Positions 1 through 11,062 of a DNA stretch of 53,363 nt are shown here, piece by piece. Position numbers and translations under genes: made by a program. Origin of the DNA: Chiloscyllium plagiosum. Lineage: Eukaryota. The stretch spans positions 8,662,789 to 8,716,151 of the forward strand of contig NC_057757.1 of assembly GCF_004010195.1 (NCBI RefSeq), read 5' to 3'. The notes under the pieces are model-generated. The model had not been told where the DNA came from and did not search any database. It saw only the letters and a program-made list of their open reading frames with translations. Numbering within the stretch: the first letter of the stretch is position 1; every line of letters begins with the position of its first letter.

Positions 1-78
1 TCTTTCTTTCTCTCTTTCTTTCTCTCTTTCTTTCTCTCTTTCTTTCTCTCTTTCTTTCTTTCTCTCTTTCTTTCTTTC
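1..78. repeat. (TCTT/TCTC)n simple repeat, truncated by the window edge
   Basis: Pure T/C tract read directly from the sequence. Confidence 0.95.
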
Positions 79-482
79 TATATTCTGTCCTTTTAATGTA
101 CCCCCTTCATGCAACCATTTTAAGTTCCAAGTAGTCCTCAAACTCTAACTCAAACCGTGTTACAAAATAATTTCTCTTCGTGAACCTTTGCACTCTGCTT
201 TCATCAGTGAGCCTGAAGGCCACATGAGTAATTTTGTTGAACATGCAAAATCAATAAATGTTTGTTGAAACAGGTAATTGCAACAGGAAGATCGCATAAA
301 ACATTAATGACATGATGTTGGGTCAACTCCCTCTGTTCCCTGTCTGTCCAGTCCTTAGAACAATCCATTGTTCATGAAGGCTGAAGATATATGTCTAAGA
401 TTCGCTATGGTTTATTATTATCTAATTCACTTTTTATAGTCAAGTTAATTTCATTTCTGTCTGAAGCAATTCAATCCCTCAA

Positions 483-1352
483 TGTTGGAAATTGCTTTAT
501 ACCTCCTGTATGTACTTACACCATCTGAGTAAAGGAGCATTATTTATCTTGTTCTGCTGATTACTATGGACTAAGTCAGATCTCATAATGAGACCCGGGT
601 TGATCTGTCTTTCTTTGTATAAATAGCCAACACTGTGTAAACTTGCTGAAACATAGGCAGAAGGCAGGTAAGGCTGCAGATTTAACAATAGAACAGAAGC
701 TTATTACATAAAATGTAAACTATAAAGCAAAACAAAACAAGTTAACTTAATAGAGTAGAGTAGATCTTAAACCACATAGCAAAACAACCTTTTCATGTAA
801 TCTCAAAACCATATCTTCAGTGATCAACTCTGGAGTGATTATCTCTACATCTGAAACCATTTAATGTTTCCCAGTTCTGTCCTGTGAACTATGATGTCTT
901 CTCACACGGATGCTTAGAAAACTGAAAGCTTAGACTTTCTCAGGTTTCAATAATCTGTAGGTTTCTAACCAATCACACCTGGTCTGGAAGTTACACAAAA
1001 TAACTTTCTATTAAACTAACATTTCTCACTGAACTTCTCTACACTCCTTTACAGCAGGGATTATGCTTGTGATCAAAGCCAGGCGCCCTCCAAAGCTGCT
1101 TCCTACTTCAAAATCTATCCTTGATTATTCAGAAACACTAAGCAGTTAATGGCCCTCAATGTTTAGCCACACACTCATAAACAGTGCAAAATATCTTCTA
1201 TTAACACTCCAAAGGCTTCTTGCTCTCTGACGCAGAGTGGATTTTGTCATGTTTCTGGAAATATTGTCCAACCTAGTTACTCTTTTTAATCTCTTCACAA
1301 ATTAACCAACACCCCCAGATGCCACCACTTTGAGATCCAACCTGATGTGACA
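483..1352 (-). mobile_element. Possible decayed solo LTR
   Basis: TGTTGG...GTGACA ends and a composition resembling the other minus-strand LTRs here. No TSD or second copy seen. Confidence 0.25.
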
Positions 1353-1789
1353 GAAACCCTTCATTACAGGCTAAAGTTCAGTCCATTTTCTTTGGTATAT
1401 TATTTTACCAGACTATTCAAATATTTAAATTGGTTCACTCTGCAACATCTATTATCAATTTTGCCATCCAGAAAATGGCTATCAGAATGACTTAAATTGT
1501 CAATTATTTTCTACTTTCTTTGTTCGACAATAACTGTTAAATGATCAGAAAATATACATAACTAAACCTGAGGAAGATTGATGCCTCAGTCAAATACGTT
1601 GCTGTTAGCCATCTTCTCCTGCCGCTGTCAGATTACAGTCCAATGTTGACACAATCTGAAAAACCTGGCGTTCTGCTTAATCCTCAATCAATCCCCACAT
1701 TCTGTATTCTCCCTGCCACCAGTTCACTTCTCCCTCAGTTTACAGATGAATGCATTCTAATGTCCTCACGGTCAATCCTGTAACTGTAA

Positions 1790-2000
1790 GATATAGCCAT
1801 TCAGCCCATCGAGTTTGTTCCACCATTCAATGAGATTGTGGCTGTTCGGTTAACTCCTAATTCCACTTTCCTGCCTTTTCCCCATAGCCTTTGATTCCCT
1901 TCCTGATTAAATGTTGATCTTATCGCTGAATATACTGAAAGAGCCAGCCTCTACAGTCCGTTTCATTAAAGAATTCCATAGATTCAACACTCTCGGAGAT
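1790..2000 (-). mobile_element. CR1 LINE 3' fragment
   Basis: gccattcagcccatcgag...ccaccattcaat...aaagaattccatagattcaacactctc is the reverse complement of the CR1 ORF2 end and 3' UTR that recurs through the window. Confidence 0.7.
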
Positions 2001-2189
2001 TTTCATAGAACTATTTTAGAATCATGCAGGATAGAATGTGTGAGCTGACTAAACTGCTCTAACTCTACACTAGTCCCAGGGTCCAGCATTGGGGTCCATC
2101 AACTTGAATGTTATCACACTTTGAGTGCTCATCTAAGCATTGTTTTTAAGTCTTGCAGTTCCCTGCCTCAACTAACAATACCTTCTGTG

Positions 2190-2380
2190 ATAATAAAAAC
2201 AGAACATGTTGAAGAACGTCAGCATATGTGGCAGAAACTATGAAGAGAGAAATAGAGTAAAGTTCTGATTCCAACATAATGAGTTCTGAAGAAGAGTCTT
2301 CGGAATTAAAACTGTAACTCCATCTCTCTCCATCGATGGAGTCAAACCTGTTGATCCCTCCAGCATTTTCTATTTTTATG
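2190..2380. mobile_element. Penelope-like pseudo-LTR remnant forming an imperfect inverted repeat, with a degenerate hammerhead at 2281-2320
   Basis: ataaaaacagaacatgttg... pairs with ...cagcattttctattttta. Contains gagtt-CTGAAGA-agagtc...aactc. Confidence 0.6.
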
Positions 2381-2589
2381 ATAGGTTTCCACAGGATTTT
2401 GCTTTGATTTGTAGCTGGTTCTGACAGGTATACTTGCACAGTTTAACCCAGATATCCAGAAGCTGGATATTTTGTTCATATTCCTTACTTCTGTGGAGGC
2501 AAGAGCAAACTCTGGAGTGAACTTCAGTGCAGCTGTTTGGAGTTAGAAAATGAGACGACAGAAACATTTCATGATATGACATGAAAGAG

Positions 2590-3070
2590 AAACTAGGTAC
2601 AGGAGCATTAAAAAAATCAGAACATATGAGCCTGCCCTGCCATTCAATATGATCATGACTGATCATCCTCGTCAGTAATCTGTTCCCACTTTGTCCCGAT
2701 ATCCAAGAATCCCTCTCATTCCAAAGAATTACATTGACATCTTTCTCGAAAGTTTTCAATGTTATGGTCTCATTGAGATTCTGTGGCAGATAATTCTACA
2801 GGCTCACCACTCCCCGGGTGAAGACATTTCTCCTCCTCTTCGTCTTAAATTACCCACTCTGTATCCTTAAACCTGCTTTTGGTTTCCTCAGTCGGTGATT
2901 ACATCCTTCTTGCTCCCTAATAATGTCTGGATTTTGTAGGTTTCTAGGAGATCTCCTCATCATTCTTCTAACTTTTATTGAATATATTACCAATCAATCC
3001 GATCTTTAAATGTATCTCAATTTTTCAATCTCAGGATTCAGCCTGGTAAAATTTCTTTGCATTCCTAGTA
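2590..3070 (-). mobile_element. CR1 LINE 3' fragment
   Basis: gagcctgccctgccattcaatatgatcatgactgatcatc...ggctcaccactcc...gtgaagacatttctcctc motifs. Confidence 0.7.
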
Positions 3071-3437
3071 CCGAATATTATTTCAGGAAATGGTTATGAT
3101 ATAACAGGTTTCCTGCAGGAAGGTGTTAATGCAGTCAATATTTATCGTTGCATTGCAAATCATGTAAATCTTCTTCCAATTATGTTTGATAATACAATAC
3201 GTGTGTCTATGTTTATAAATGTCAGACAGCGAATGCAATGTTCTTGTGTGGAGCAGATGTGTCTTTGGCTCCTGAACTCACCAAACTGGGTGTACACTCA
3301 CATTAAGGCTCACGGCAAATAAATAATATCGCCTAACAGTAAGCAGGAATAAATGATTGCAGATGCTAGAATCGGAACTGAAAACAACAAATGCTGGAGA
3401 TTGCAGCGGGTCAGGCAGTATCTATGGAGAGACAGCA

Positions 3438-3475
3438 AGCTAATGTTTCGAGTCGAGATGACTCTTCATCAGAAG
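3438..3475 (-). ncRNA. Minimal type I hammerhead ribozyme motif
   Basis: Minus strand reads CUGAUGA-A-GAGUC-AUCUC-GACUC-GAAAC-AUU, with a perfect 5-bp helix II. Confidence 0.55.
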
Positions 3476-3691
3476 GGTGGAGGGGACAGCATTTATGCAA
3501 TAGTTGGGTGGTGGAGTACGGGGAGAGAAAGGTTGTTGACAGTGCAGATTAAGTAATCGGAATGACAGATCAATGGTGTGTCTAATTTTCAGACTGGAAA
3601 GGACAGATAATCCCAATGGAGTCGGGGGTGGGAGGAAGGGAAGAGAGGTCACGGTGACAGAGAAAGTAACAAGTGGAAAGGGAAGGAATAG

Positions 3692-3801
3692 TTTAAAAAG
3701 TTCTTGGCCACTCGAATTTTTACAGATTGCAGTATGGTATAAATCTTTTTCTGTGTTGCTGGTTTTAAATTAAGCAGGAAAGTTTCCCTCGTGTTGTAAC
3801 A
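3692..3801 (+). mobile_element. 3' end fragment of a Gypsy LTR of the same family as 29446-35739
   Basis: aaaagttcttggccactcgaatttttacagatt...aaattaagcagga...cgtgttgtaaca closely matches 30033-30138. Confidence 0.85.
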
Positions 3802-5342
3802 ACCGGTGCTTTATTTCTCCAAAGTAGAATAGGGCACATCGGGTGCCGCGAAGGCAGATTGGAGGAGGAACAGGTGAAATGCTGCTCCACCTGGAAAGAT
3901 AGTTACGTCCATTTCATGGTGAGCAGGGAGGAGGTGAAGGGGCAGATGTTAAACCTTCTGCATTTACTTTGTAAGTTGCCATGGGAAGGGAGGATGGTGT
4001 TGTGCGTCGAGGAATGAACTGGGGGAGTGAGAGGAAGATGAGTTTGGTGGTGTCATTCCATTTGAGTTATCTGAAATGGAAGAGAATTTTGAATACGGAG
4101 GCTAGTGGAATGGAAAGTGTGGACAAAGGGGAACCCGATCACGCTGTTGTGCGTGATGGGAAAGGGCAAGGTGGAAGCACCAATGATAGGTTTGATGCGG
4201 TCAAGGGCCTTGTCAACTATAGTGGGCAGGAAACCACAACAATGGAAGAAGGAAGTCATGTCAGCGTTCCTTGCCATGTCACCTTCCCATTTAACAGCAG
4301 AAGATGCAACACATGCCCCTTCACTTCCTCTCTGCTCACCATCAGAGGGCCTTAACAGCTTTTCCAGGTGTAGCAGCATTTCACCCGTACCTCCTCAAAC
4401 ATGGTTTATCGTATGTGCTGCATCCAATGTGACCTACAGTACATTGGAGAAACTAGATGCAGACGAGGTGAAAGCTTTACAGATCATGCACTAACGGGAC
4501 CCTGACCGTCCAGTAGCCGGTCATTTTAACACAGCGTCATGCTCACATTCCCATGTGTCTGTCCCTTGCCATGCTGCAATGTTCCACCGAATCACAGTGC
4601 AAAACAAAGTCACCTTCAGACTGGGCACTTTATGGTCTTCTGGAACTTTTCTTGAGTTCAGATTGGGCTTCTGCTCCTATTCCTTCCCTTGTTTTCAGCT
4701 TCACTTGTTACTTTCTCTGTCACTGTGACCTCTCTTCCCTCCCCTGTGCTCCAGTGGGATTGTCTGTCTTTTCCAGTTTGATAGTTAGACTCACCATTAT
4801 GCTGCCATTTGATTTCTTAATCTGTACTGTCAACAGCCTTCTCCCTCAGCACTCCCCGTCTCCATACCCCACCATTGCATATATGCTACTCCCTCCACTC
4901 TTCATGTCAGCTTTGACGCAGAGTCCTCTAGAATCGAACATTAACTTGGCAACTCTCCATGGATGCTGGCTGACCCACTGTGATTTTTTAGCATTTGTTG
5001 TTTTCAGTTCAGATTCCAACATCTGCACTAATTTATTTCCTACTCTATGCTAGACTACATTATTTATTTGATAATATTTTGTTGATTAACTTGATGCCAA
5101 TCCCAAACTCCGACACTGTGTTCACGCTAAGTAGAACAAGTTTCAATCATTGGTTGCAAAAACAAAGCTGCACAGTCCCATCAAATTTTACAGGATATTA
5201 ATTGCCCCCTTCAGAAATTTTCTCTATTGGCTCAGTGAAAAAGCATTCATCTTTTGTTATTAACAGCAATTTTTAATTTAAAAGGTTATAAATGTCTGTC
5301 GTTTGCTGGTAAATAATTTTGATATTCCTCTCATATTTACAG

Positions 5343-6259
5343 TGAACATAGTCACAATTGTGATCTTGTCTCGGAGAAAATGTGGTCTCTCAAACTGCGT
5401 CACTTCCTACCTGCTCGCCATGGCAATGGCAGATCTACTCGTTGTTATCATTGATCTGATCCTGCGGCAGATTCCTATTGTCTATCGGGAGCAATTTAAT
5501 TTTGTGAGGACCATTCATTTGTGTAATATCCATGCAGTCTTGTTGTATGCTGTCACTGACTGCTCTGTCTGGTTCACTGTCGCTTTCACCTTTGATCGCT
5601 GCACTGCCATTTGTTGGCAGAAACTGAAATCGAAATATTGCATTGAGAAGATGGCCATTGTGGTCCTTGGAACTGTAACTGTGATGAGCTGTTTGAAAAA
5701 CACATTCTGGTATTTTCTGTATACAAGTGATTATTGGCTTTCCAATAATCCCTGGTTTTGCCGCGTGTCTTTCAATGTATCTCGTTCACTGGTCTGGGCT
5801 GTCACTGAATTAATGCATTATATTTTGACACCATTCGTTCCCTTTCTCTTGATTTTAGTGTTCAATGCATTGACAGTCCAGCACATTATCATAGCCAGCA
5901 GAGCTCGCAGGAGACTGCAATGTCAGGGTCAGGGTGAAAACGCCAAAGATCAGGAGATGGGAAACCGAAGGAAATCCATGATTTTGCTGTTTGTTATGTC
6001 GGGAAATTTCATGTTGCTATGGGCTGTCTTCATGATCTCTTTCATATTGAGACGCTTGGATTACTTGGGATATCCTATTTCTCTGCCTACCTTTGTATCA
6101 GAAATTGGCTCAATGTTGCAACTCCTGAGTTGCTGCACAAACACCTTTATTTATGTAATTACTCAGCAGAGGTTCAAAGAGGAACTGAGCAATGGAGTCA
6201 CGTATCCCCTGGCAATGACTGTCAAGTTGTGTCAATGGATGAGGCAAACACTTTCTTGA
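5343..6259 (+). CDS. GPR139-like class A GPCR, gene 1, exon 2 (mid-TM1 to C-terminus); exon 1 not in the window
   Basis: Acceptor atttacag at 5335-5342 (phase 1) and an open frame to TGA. Motifs include AMADLL (TM2), C3.25, FDRC (DRY-like), WFC (ECL2), FMLLW (TM6) and NTFIY (TM7). Paralogous to 22209-23098. Confidence 0.9.
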
Positions 6260-6505
6260 AAAATATTTTTGTGTCTCACTCGATAGAATGTTCAGAAGAA
6301 AACCTTGATTTTTTTTTTGTTCTTTTCTAAAACATTCACTGATGAATTCATGCAAGATCATTAGAAATCGGAGAAGGCGATATGGCCCCCTTCAAACCCA
6401 CTCCACCATTCAATAAGATCATGGCTGATCCGACATTCCTCACACCCACTTTCCTGCCCTTTCCGTAAAATCCTTCAATTCCCAAGTCATCCATAACCTA
6501 TCCAG

Positions 6506-6976
6506 GAGGAAAAAACAATGACTGCAGATGCTGGAAACCAGATTCTGGATTAGTGGTGCTGAAAGAGCACAGCAGTTCAGACAGCATCCAAGGAGCAGCA
6601 AAATCGACGTTTCGGGCAAAAGCCCTTCATCAGGAATAAAAGCAGAGAGCTTGAAGCGTGGAGAGATAAGCTAGAGGAGGGTGGGGGTAGGGAGAAAGTA
6701 GCATAGAGTCACGACATGGTTGAAGAGCTTCAGGGCAGAGGAAATGACCTGGGAGTTGCAGTGGGAGAGGGACTCCCTGCAATTCTTGTAGAGAGAGGAG
6801 GAAAACTTCTGCAAGGCAGGCATCCTTGCAAGAGGATTCGCAGAAGGGTTAAAATCAACGAGGAAAAAACAATGACTGCAGATGCTGGAAACCAGATTCT
6901 GGTTTAGTGGTGCTGGAAGAGCACAGCAATTCAGGCAGAATCCAAGGAGCAGCGAAATCGACGTTTGGACAAAAGC
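6506..6976 (-). mobile_element. Miniature, internally deleted Penelope-like element (pLTR, ORF 5' end, 3' UTR, pLTR)
   Basis: 12-bp TSD taacctatccag at 6494-6505 and 6977-6988. Direct repeats 6506-6623 and 6860-6976. The minus strand encodes MPALQKFSSSLYKNCRESLSHCNSQVISSALKLFNH. Confidence 0.8.
6601..6637 (-). ncRNA. Minimal type I hammerhead ribozyme motif
   Basis: Minus strand reads AUUC-CUGAUGA-A-GGGC-UUUU-GCCC-GAAA-C-GUC-GAUU: complete core, 4-bp helix II, palindromic ACGU. Confidence 0.65.
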
Positions 6977-7071
6977 TAACCTATCCAGCTCAGTCTTAAA
7001 TGCACACAGGGAATCTGCCCCCACAGCCTGAACAATGAAGAACCTCTTCATGTCTGTCTTAAACTGGTGCA

Positions 7072-7160
7072 CCTGAAGAAGGGCTTATGCCCGAAACGTC
7101 GATTCTCCTGTTCCTTGGATGCTGCCTGACCTGCTGCGCTTTTCCAGCAACACATTTTCA
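7072..7160 (+). mobile_element. Penelope pseudo-LTR fragment beginning with a hammerhead core (7073-7100)
   Basis: CTGAAGA-a-gggc-ttat-gccc-GAAA-cgtc-gattctcctgttccttggatgctgcctgacc. Near-identical copies at 11083-11204 and 35386-35498. Confidence 0.8.
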
Positions 7161-7251
7161 CCTTTATTTGAGACAGTGTCCTCTCGTCTTGGACTCTGCC
7201 ATAAAGGGAAACAATCTCTCAACATTTATCCTGTCGAGCTCCTTCACCTTT

Positions 7252-7547
7252 CTAGATTAGATTACATTACATTACAGTGTGGAAACAGGCCCTTCAGCCC
7301 AACTAGTCCACACCAACCCACAACCCACCCATACCCCAAATCTAACACTATGGGCAATTTAGCATGGCCAATTCACGTGACCTGCACATCTTTGGACTGT
7401 GGGAGCAAACCAGAGCACCTGGTGGAAACCCAAGCAGACATGGGGAGAACATGCAAACTCCACACAGTTAGTCACCTGAGGCGGCAATTGAACCCGGGTC
7501 TCTGGCGCTGTGAGGCAGCAGTGCTAACCACTGTGCCACCTTTCGGC
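7252..7547 (-). mobile_element. HE1-type V-SINE
   Basis: Minus-strand tRNA-like head ggtggcacagtggttagcactgctgcctcacagc...gggttcaatt (A and B boxes), V-domain tgtggagtttgcatgttctcccc, and a CR1-like tail. Confidence 0.9.
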
Positions 7548-7829
7548 CCACTGTCTCATCTTTCAATGAGACCACCTTTCATTCTTAAACGATCCTTTGA
7601 GAAAAGTTCCAAGGTATTCAATCTTTGTTCATAAGACGATCCCTCCATACCAGGGATGATACGAGCATGTCTTCTCTGAAATGCCTCTGATGAACTGCTC
7701 ACAGTAATCCAGATGTGGTCTCATTAGCACCTTGTGAAGTTGCAGTGAGACTTCCCTACGCTTATATTAGGGCCGACATTCTACTCGCCTTCTTGATTAC
7801 CAGCTGCACCTGATTAAAGATTGGACAGC

Positions 7830-8165
7830 ATTATGGAATCTTTACTGTGTGGCCCAATAAGTCCACACCGAACATCTGAGGAGTACCCATCCAGACCCAT
7901 TCCCCCACTACTCCATATTTACCCTCACAAACGCACCTAACCTACAGATTCCTGAACACGATGGACAATTTAGCATGGCCAGTTCACCTAACCTGCATAT
8001 CTTTTGATTGTGGGAGGAAATCAGAGCACCGGAATAAACACACGCAGAACGGGGAAAATGTTCAAACTCCACATAGACTATTGTCCGAGGCAGGTGTCGA
8101 ACCTGGGTGCGCGGCACCCAGGCAACAGTGAGGCAATAGTGCTAACCATTGAGCCACCATGTGGT
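7830..8165 (-). mobile_element. HE1-type V-SINE
   Basis: Same head (ggtggctcaatggttagcact), V-domain and tail as 7252-7547. Confidence 0.85.
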
Positions 8166-8269
8166 CACAAAAGAGTTGCGGAGTTTGTACATTTCGGCAA
8201 ATTCGAATTTCATTTCCCTCTGAGACCAGTTGAACCCGGCTCAACAGACATGTTGTGTTGGATGTTACA

Positions 8270-8660
8270 GTAACAGAATCAGAAAGCACAGGATTATGTC
8301 TCAGTTAAACAGCAAACACTAAAGCATATTATTTCCATTCAACTACACTTGGTCCATAACCAACAACGTCCTGGCATTTAAAGTGCTTCTTAAATGTAGT
8401 GAGAGTACCTGCCTCTACCATCTTCCCAGGCAGCGTATTTAATATTTCTGCTACCCTCTCGGTGAAAATCTATTTCTTCACACCTCATCTGATCCACTTA
8501 TTCTTCACCTTAAACTTATAGCCCCCGGTCTTAGACGTGTTTGCCATGGAGGTACGTTTCTCACAGATTCTCACCAGCGACCTGATCTACCGCTCATAAT
8601 TTTGTGTATGCCAATCATATTCCCCTCAGCCTCCTTTACCAGAGAGAAAACAAATCCAGC
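8270..8660 (-). mobile_element. CR1 3' fragment
   Basis: cttaaatgtagtgagagtacctgcctctacca...cccctcagcctcctt...gaaaacaaatccagc. Confidence 0.7.
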
Positions 8661-8669
8661 AAGTAGGGG

Positions 8670-9038
8670 TGTCACCCCCAACTGGGTACAAAGACTCGGG
8701 AGGCAGACAGAATTCAGGTAAGTGGCAGACTTTCATTCAAGCAACAATCGATTAATGCTGGAAGAAGGCCAAACAACCTTTCCCGAATCTGGCCCTGATG
8801 TCAGAACCCTGTCTTTCTATGAATTTACGGCTCAGATTGGAAGAACTATCAATGGCATACTCTTTTTTTTACTGTGAAACACAGCATTTTCATACATTTT
8901 GTGTTAGAATAATCACACACAACGTGGTCACTGTGTCCTTCCCCTGTATTCCACATACCCAACCCTGTGAAATACCTAATCATTGACAGGCATTCCTACT
9001 GACAGCCCCAGGTTCTCATGATCTCATGGCGTTTAACA
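8670..9038 (-). mobile_element. Possible LTR
   Basis: TGTCAC...TTAACA ends, with TATA-like and polyA-like words in LTR order on the minus strand. No TSD or second copy seen. Confidence 0.3.
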
Positions 9039-9889
9039 CACACTGTAATCTCCAGACCTTGGTCTCTTTTTATGCATCCAACTGATTTGTCTTTCACAGT
9101 TACTCGTTATTCTCCTTCGGACCTGTCCCAGACTTGTATATCTTGAAGGATTGCTTGAATTCTGTTATTCATTGTATTCCATGTGCCATCTCTATCAAGT
9201 TATGTTTTTCCTCTTATATTTTCCACTGTCCCAAATATATCTATAAAATTTACAAAAGACAGTTGCTTTTAACTAACTGCTATAAGATTTATCGTGTTAA
9301 TTTCCCATTATAAAGTTAGCTACACTTTTCAACCAATAAGTTGTGAACAATCTCTTTCATATAGCATCCTTTTTTAAGATAAAGAAACGTTTACGGACAC
9401 TAATTAACTTTCACATCGAAGTTTAAATATTTTCATCTAATGTTTCTGTTATACTTTGGTTATTATGTGTATCTATAATTGTGATGAAATCTATCTGTAT
9501 GATTATCTGACAAATCTTTAACTCGAACTTACTTCTTGATATTGGAAATAACTTAAAAGGAAGAATTGATTACTATAAAATAACTTCAGATGTTTTCATA
9601 ATGAGATGGGCTGAGATTTATAGTGCTTGTTCTAACTGACACTGTTCACCTAATGGGACAGCATGCTTTCATTAATGAGGATGGAATCAATCAGTTGTCA
9701 TATTTTAATGATCTTGTGTCTATCCTTAGATACCCTCGAATCAAACTGTTTCAAATAGTTGCTTGTAGCATCTCTTGTTCACTTTGGTGTAAGTCTCTGC
9801 AAAGGTACCATGATGGTTCATTTCTCTGCAGGAGCAGGTTGATTAATTCTAGTTAACCCTTGTCGTCCAAATTGTATTTTTCAAACATG

Positions 9890-10246
9890 GGCTGCCCTTA
9901 CACAGCCTATTCAGTCCGTCCACAGAACTCAGAATTTCCATCCCAGACAACGTTCTGGTGAATCTCCTCTGCACCCTCTCCAATGTAACCACAGTGCTCC
10001 AGCTGTGGGCTAGCTAATGATCCAAAAAGTTTGAACAAGACTCCCTTGCTCCCATATTCTTCAAGCCGAATAATGAATGTAAACATCCCACATGCAATCT
10101 TCTCCACCCTGTCGACCTGTTTGGACCCCTTCAGAGAACTATGGACTTGGTGGACCATCATCCCTTTGTTCCTCAGTACTCTCGAGGGACTGACCATTCA
10201 TTTTGTAACTCCGTCCCTTATTTGACCTCCCAAATTACATCACCTC
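9890..10246 (-). mobile_element. CR1 ORF2 (RT C-terminal) fragment
   Basis: ORF 9907-10197 reads VHSSLKGSKQVDRVEKIACGMFTFI...LASPQLEHC. Confidence 0.85.
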
Positions 10247-10867
10247 TGTTATGGACAGGCCAGACCACCTTCAAAACATTTCAAGAAGACAGCCAAGACC
10301 CTAACTTTTCTCATTATTTTAAGCAGGTGTAGAGTGGATATTCAAGGAATGATGCAGCTGTCCCAACCATTCAGTTTTCAACAAAACAAAAGTCTTTTAC
10401 CGATTACTGAATGAAACATGGACAAAAGAGTACAGAATATAGAATAACGTAACGTATCTTAAAACCTAATCAACTCTATCACAATTTTATGATGCTGTTC
10501 CAAATACATGCAACATTCTCATAAATACCCCCTTTGCAAAAAAAGGTAAAATCAAACACAGGTTCTTACAGGAGAGATGTCAGAGAGAGTCAGGCAGAAA
10601 ACCTGTGCTGAATCCGGGAAACCTGTCCCCCAGCAGCTTCAAACTGACTCATTGCTAAAACCAAATCAAACCAAACCAAACCAGAATACACCCTGAACTG
10701 AGAGAACTTGGCACTCCCTTTTCATTGTATAAGTGTCTTAAAGATAAAAAAAACATAAAAGCATTCATCACTAGATATTTCCAGACATATCGTAACCTCT
10801 TCTTACATACATTTTTTGAAATAAAGCCAAGGACAACATAACCTTGTTAAATGACTAGGATGTAACA
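10247..10867 (-). mobile_element. Solo Gypsy-type LTR
   Basis: TGTTATGG...TGTAACA ends. The reverse complement ends ggtctggcctgtccataaca, like the LTR ends at 40189, 40855 and 46312. Confidence 0.7.
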
Positions 10868-11062
10868 TGTCTAGTTGGAAGATGAGATGCTGTTTCTCCA
10901 GTTTGCGTTGAGCTTCACTGGAACATTGCAGCAGGCCAAGGACAGACATGTGGGCATGGGAGCAGGATTGTGTATTCCAGTGAAGCTCAACGCAAGTTGG
11001 AGGATCAGCATCTCATCTTCCGACTAGGCACGTGACAGCCTGCCGGTCTCAACATTGAATTC

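Larger units (their letters stand above)
3350..5035. mobile_element. Decayed Penelope-like retroelement with inverted structure, in the gene 1 intron
   Basis: The + strand at about 4270-4640 reads CNTCPF...TSSNMVYRMCCIQCDLQYIGETRCR (GIY-YIG region). The same region plus the linker (SFFHCCGFLPTIVDKALDRI...FHSTSLRIQ) lies on the - strand at about 3850-4260. Terminal repeats 3350-3640 and 4750-5035 are inverted copies. Confidence 0.85.
6355..7815 (-). mobile_element. CR1 3' fragment interrupted by two Penelope pieces and a SINE
   Basis: ccaccattcaataagatcatggctgatc... resumes after each insert (aacctatccagctcagtctt, acagtaatccagatgtggtctca). Confidence 0.65.

Noticed and set aside
5303..5342. 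N-terminal 13 codons of the 318-aa ORF as a single-exon gene start
   Set aside because: It starts at TTG, contains the polypyrimidine tract and AG acceptor, and lacks the first half of TM1, so it is intronic.
6159..6175. NTxxY instead of NPxxY in TM7 (just upstream of this position) as a sign of a dead or novel receptor
   Set aside because: It is shared by genes 1 and 2, and GPR139 itself lacks this proline as I recall, so it is a family trait.
6506..6976. CRISPR-like or true LTR direct repeats
   Set aside because: Eukaryotic context, only two repeats, no TG...CA ends; explained by Penelope pseudo-LTRs.
7470..7547. tRNA gene
   Set aside because: The A/B boxes belong to the SINE head and continue into the V-domain; no full cloverleaf.
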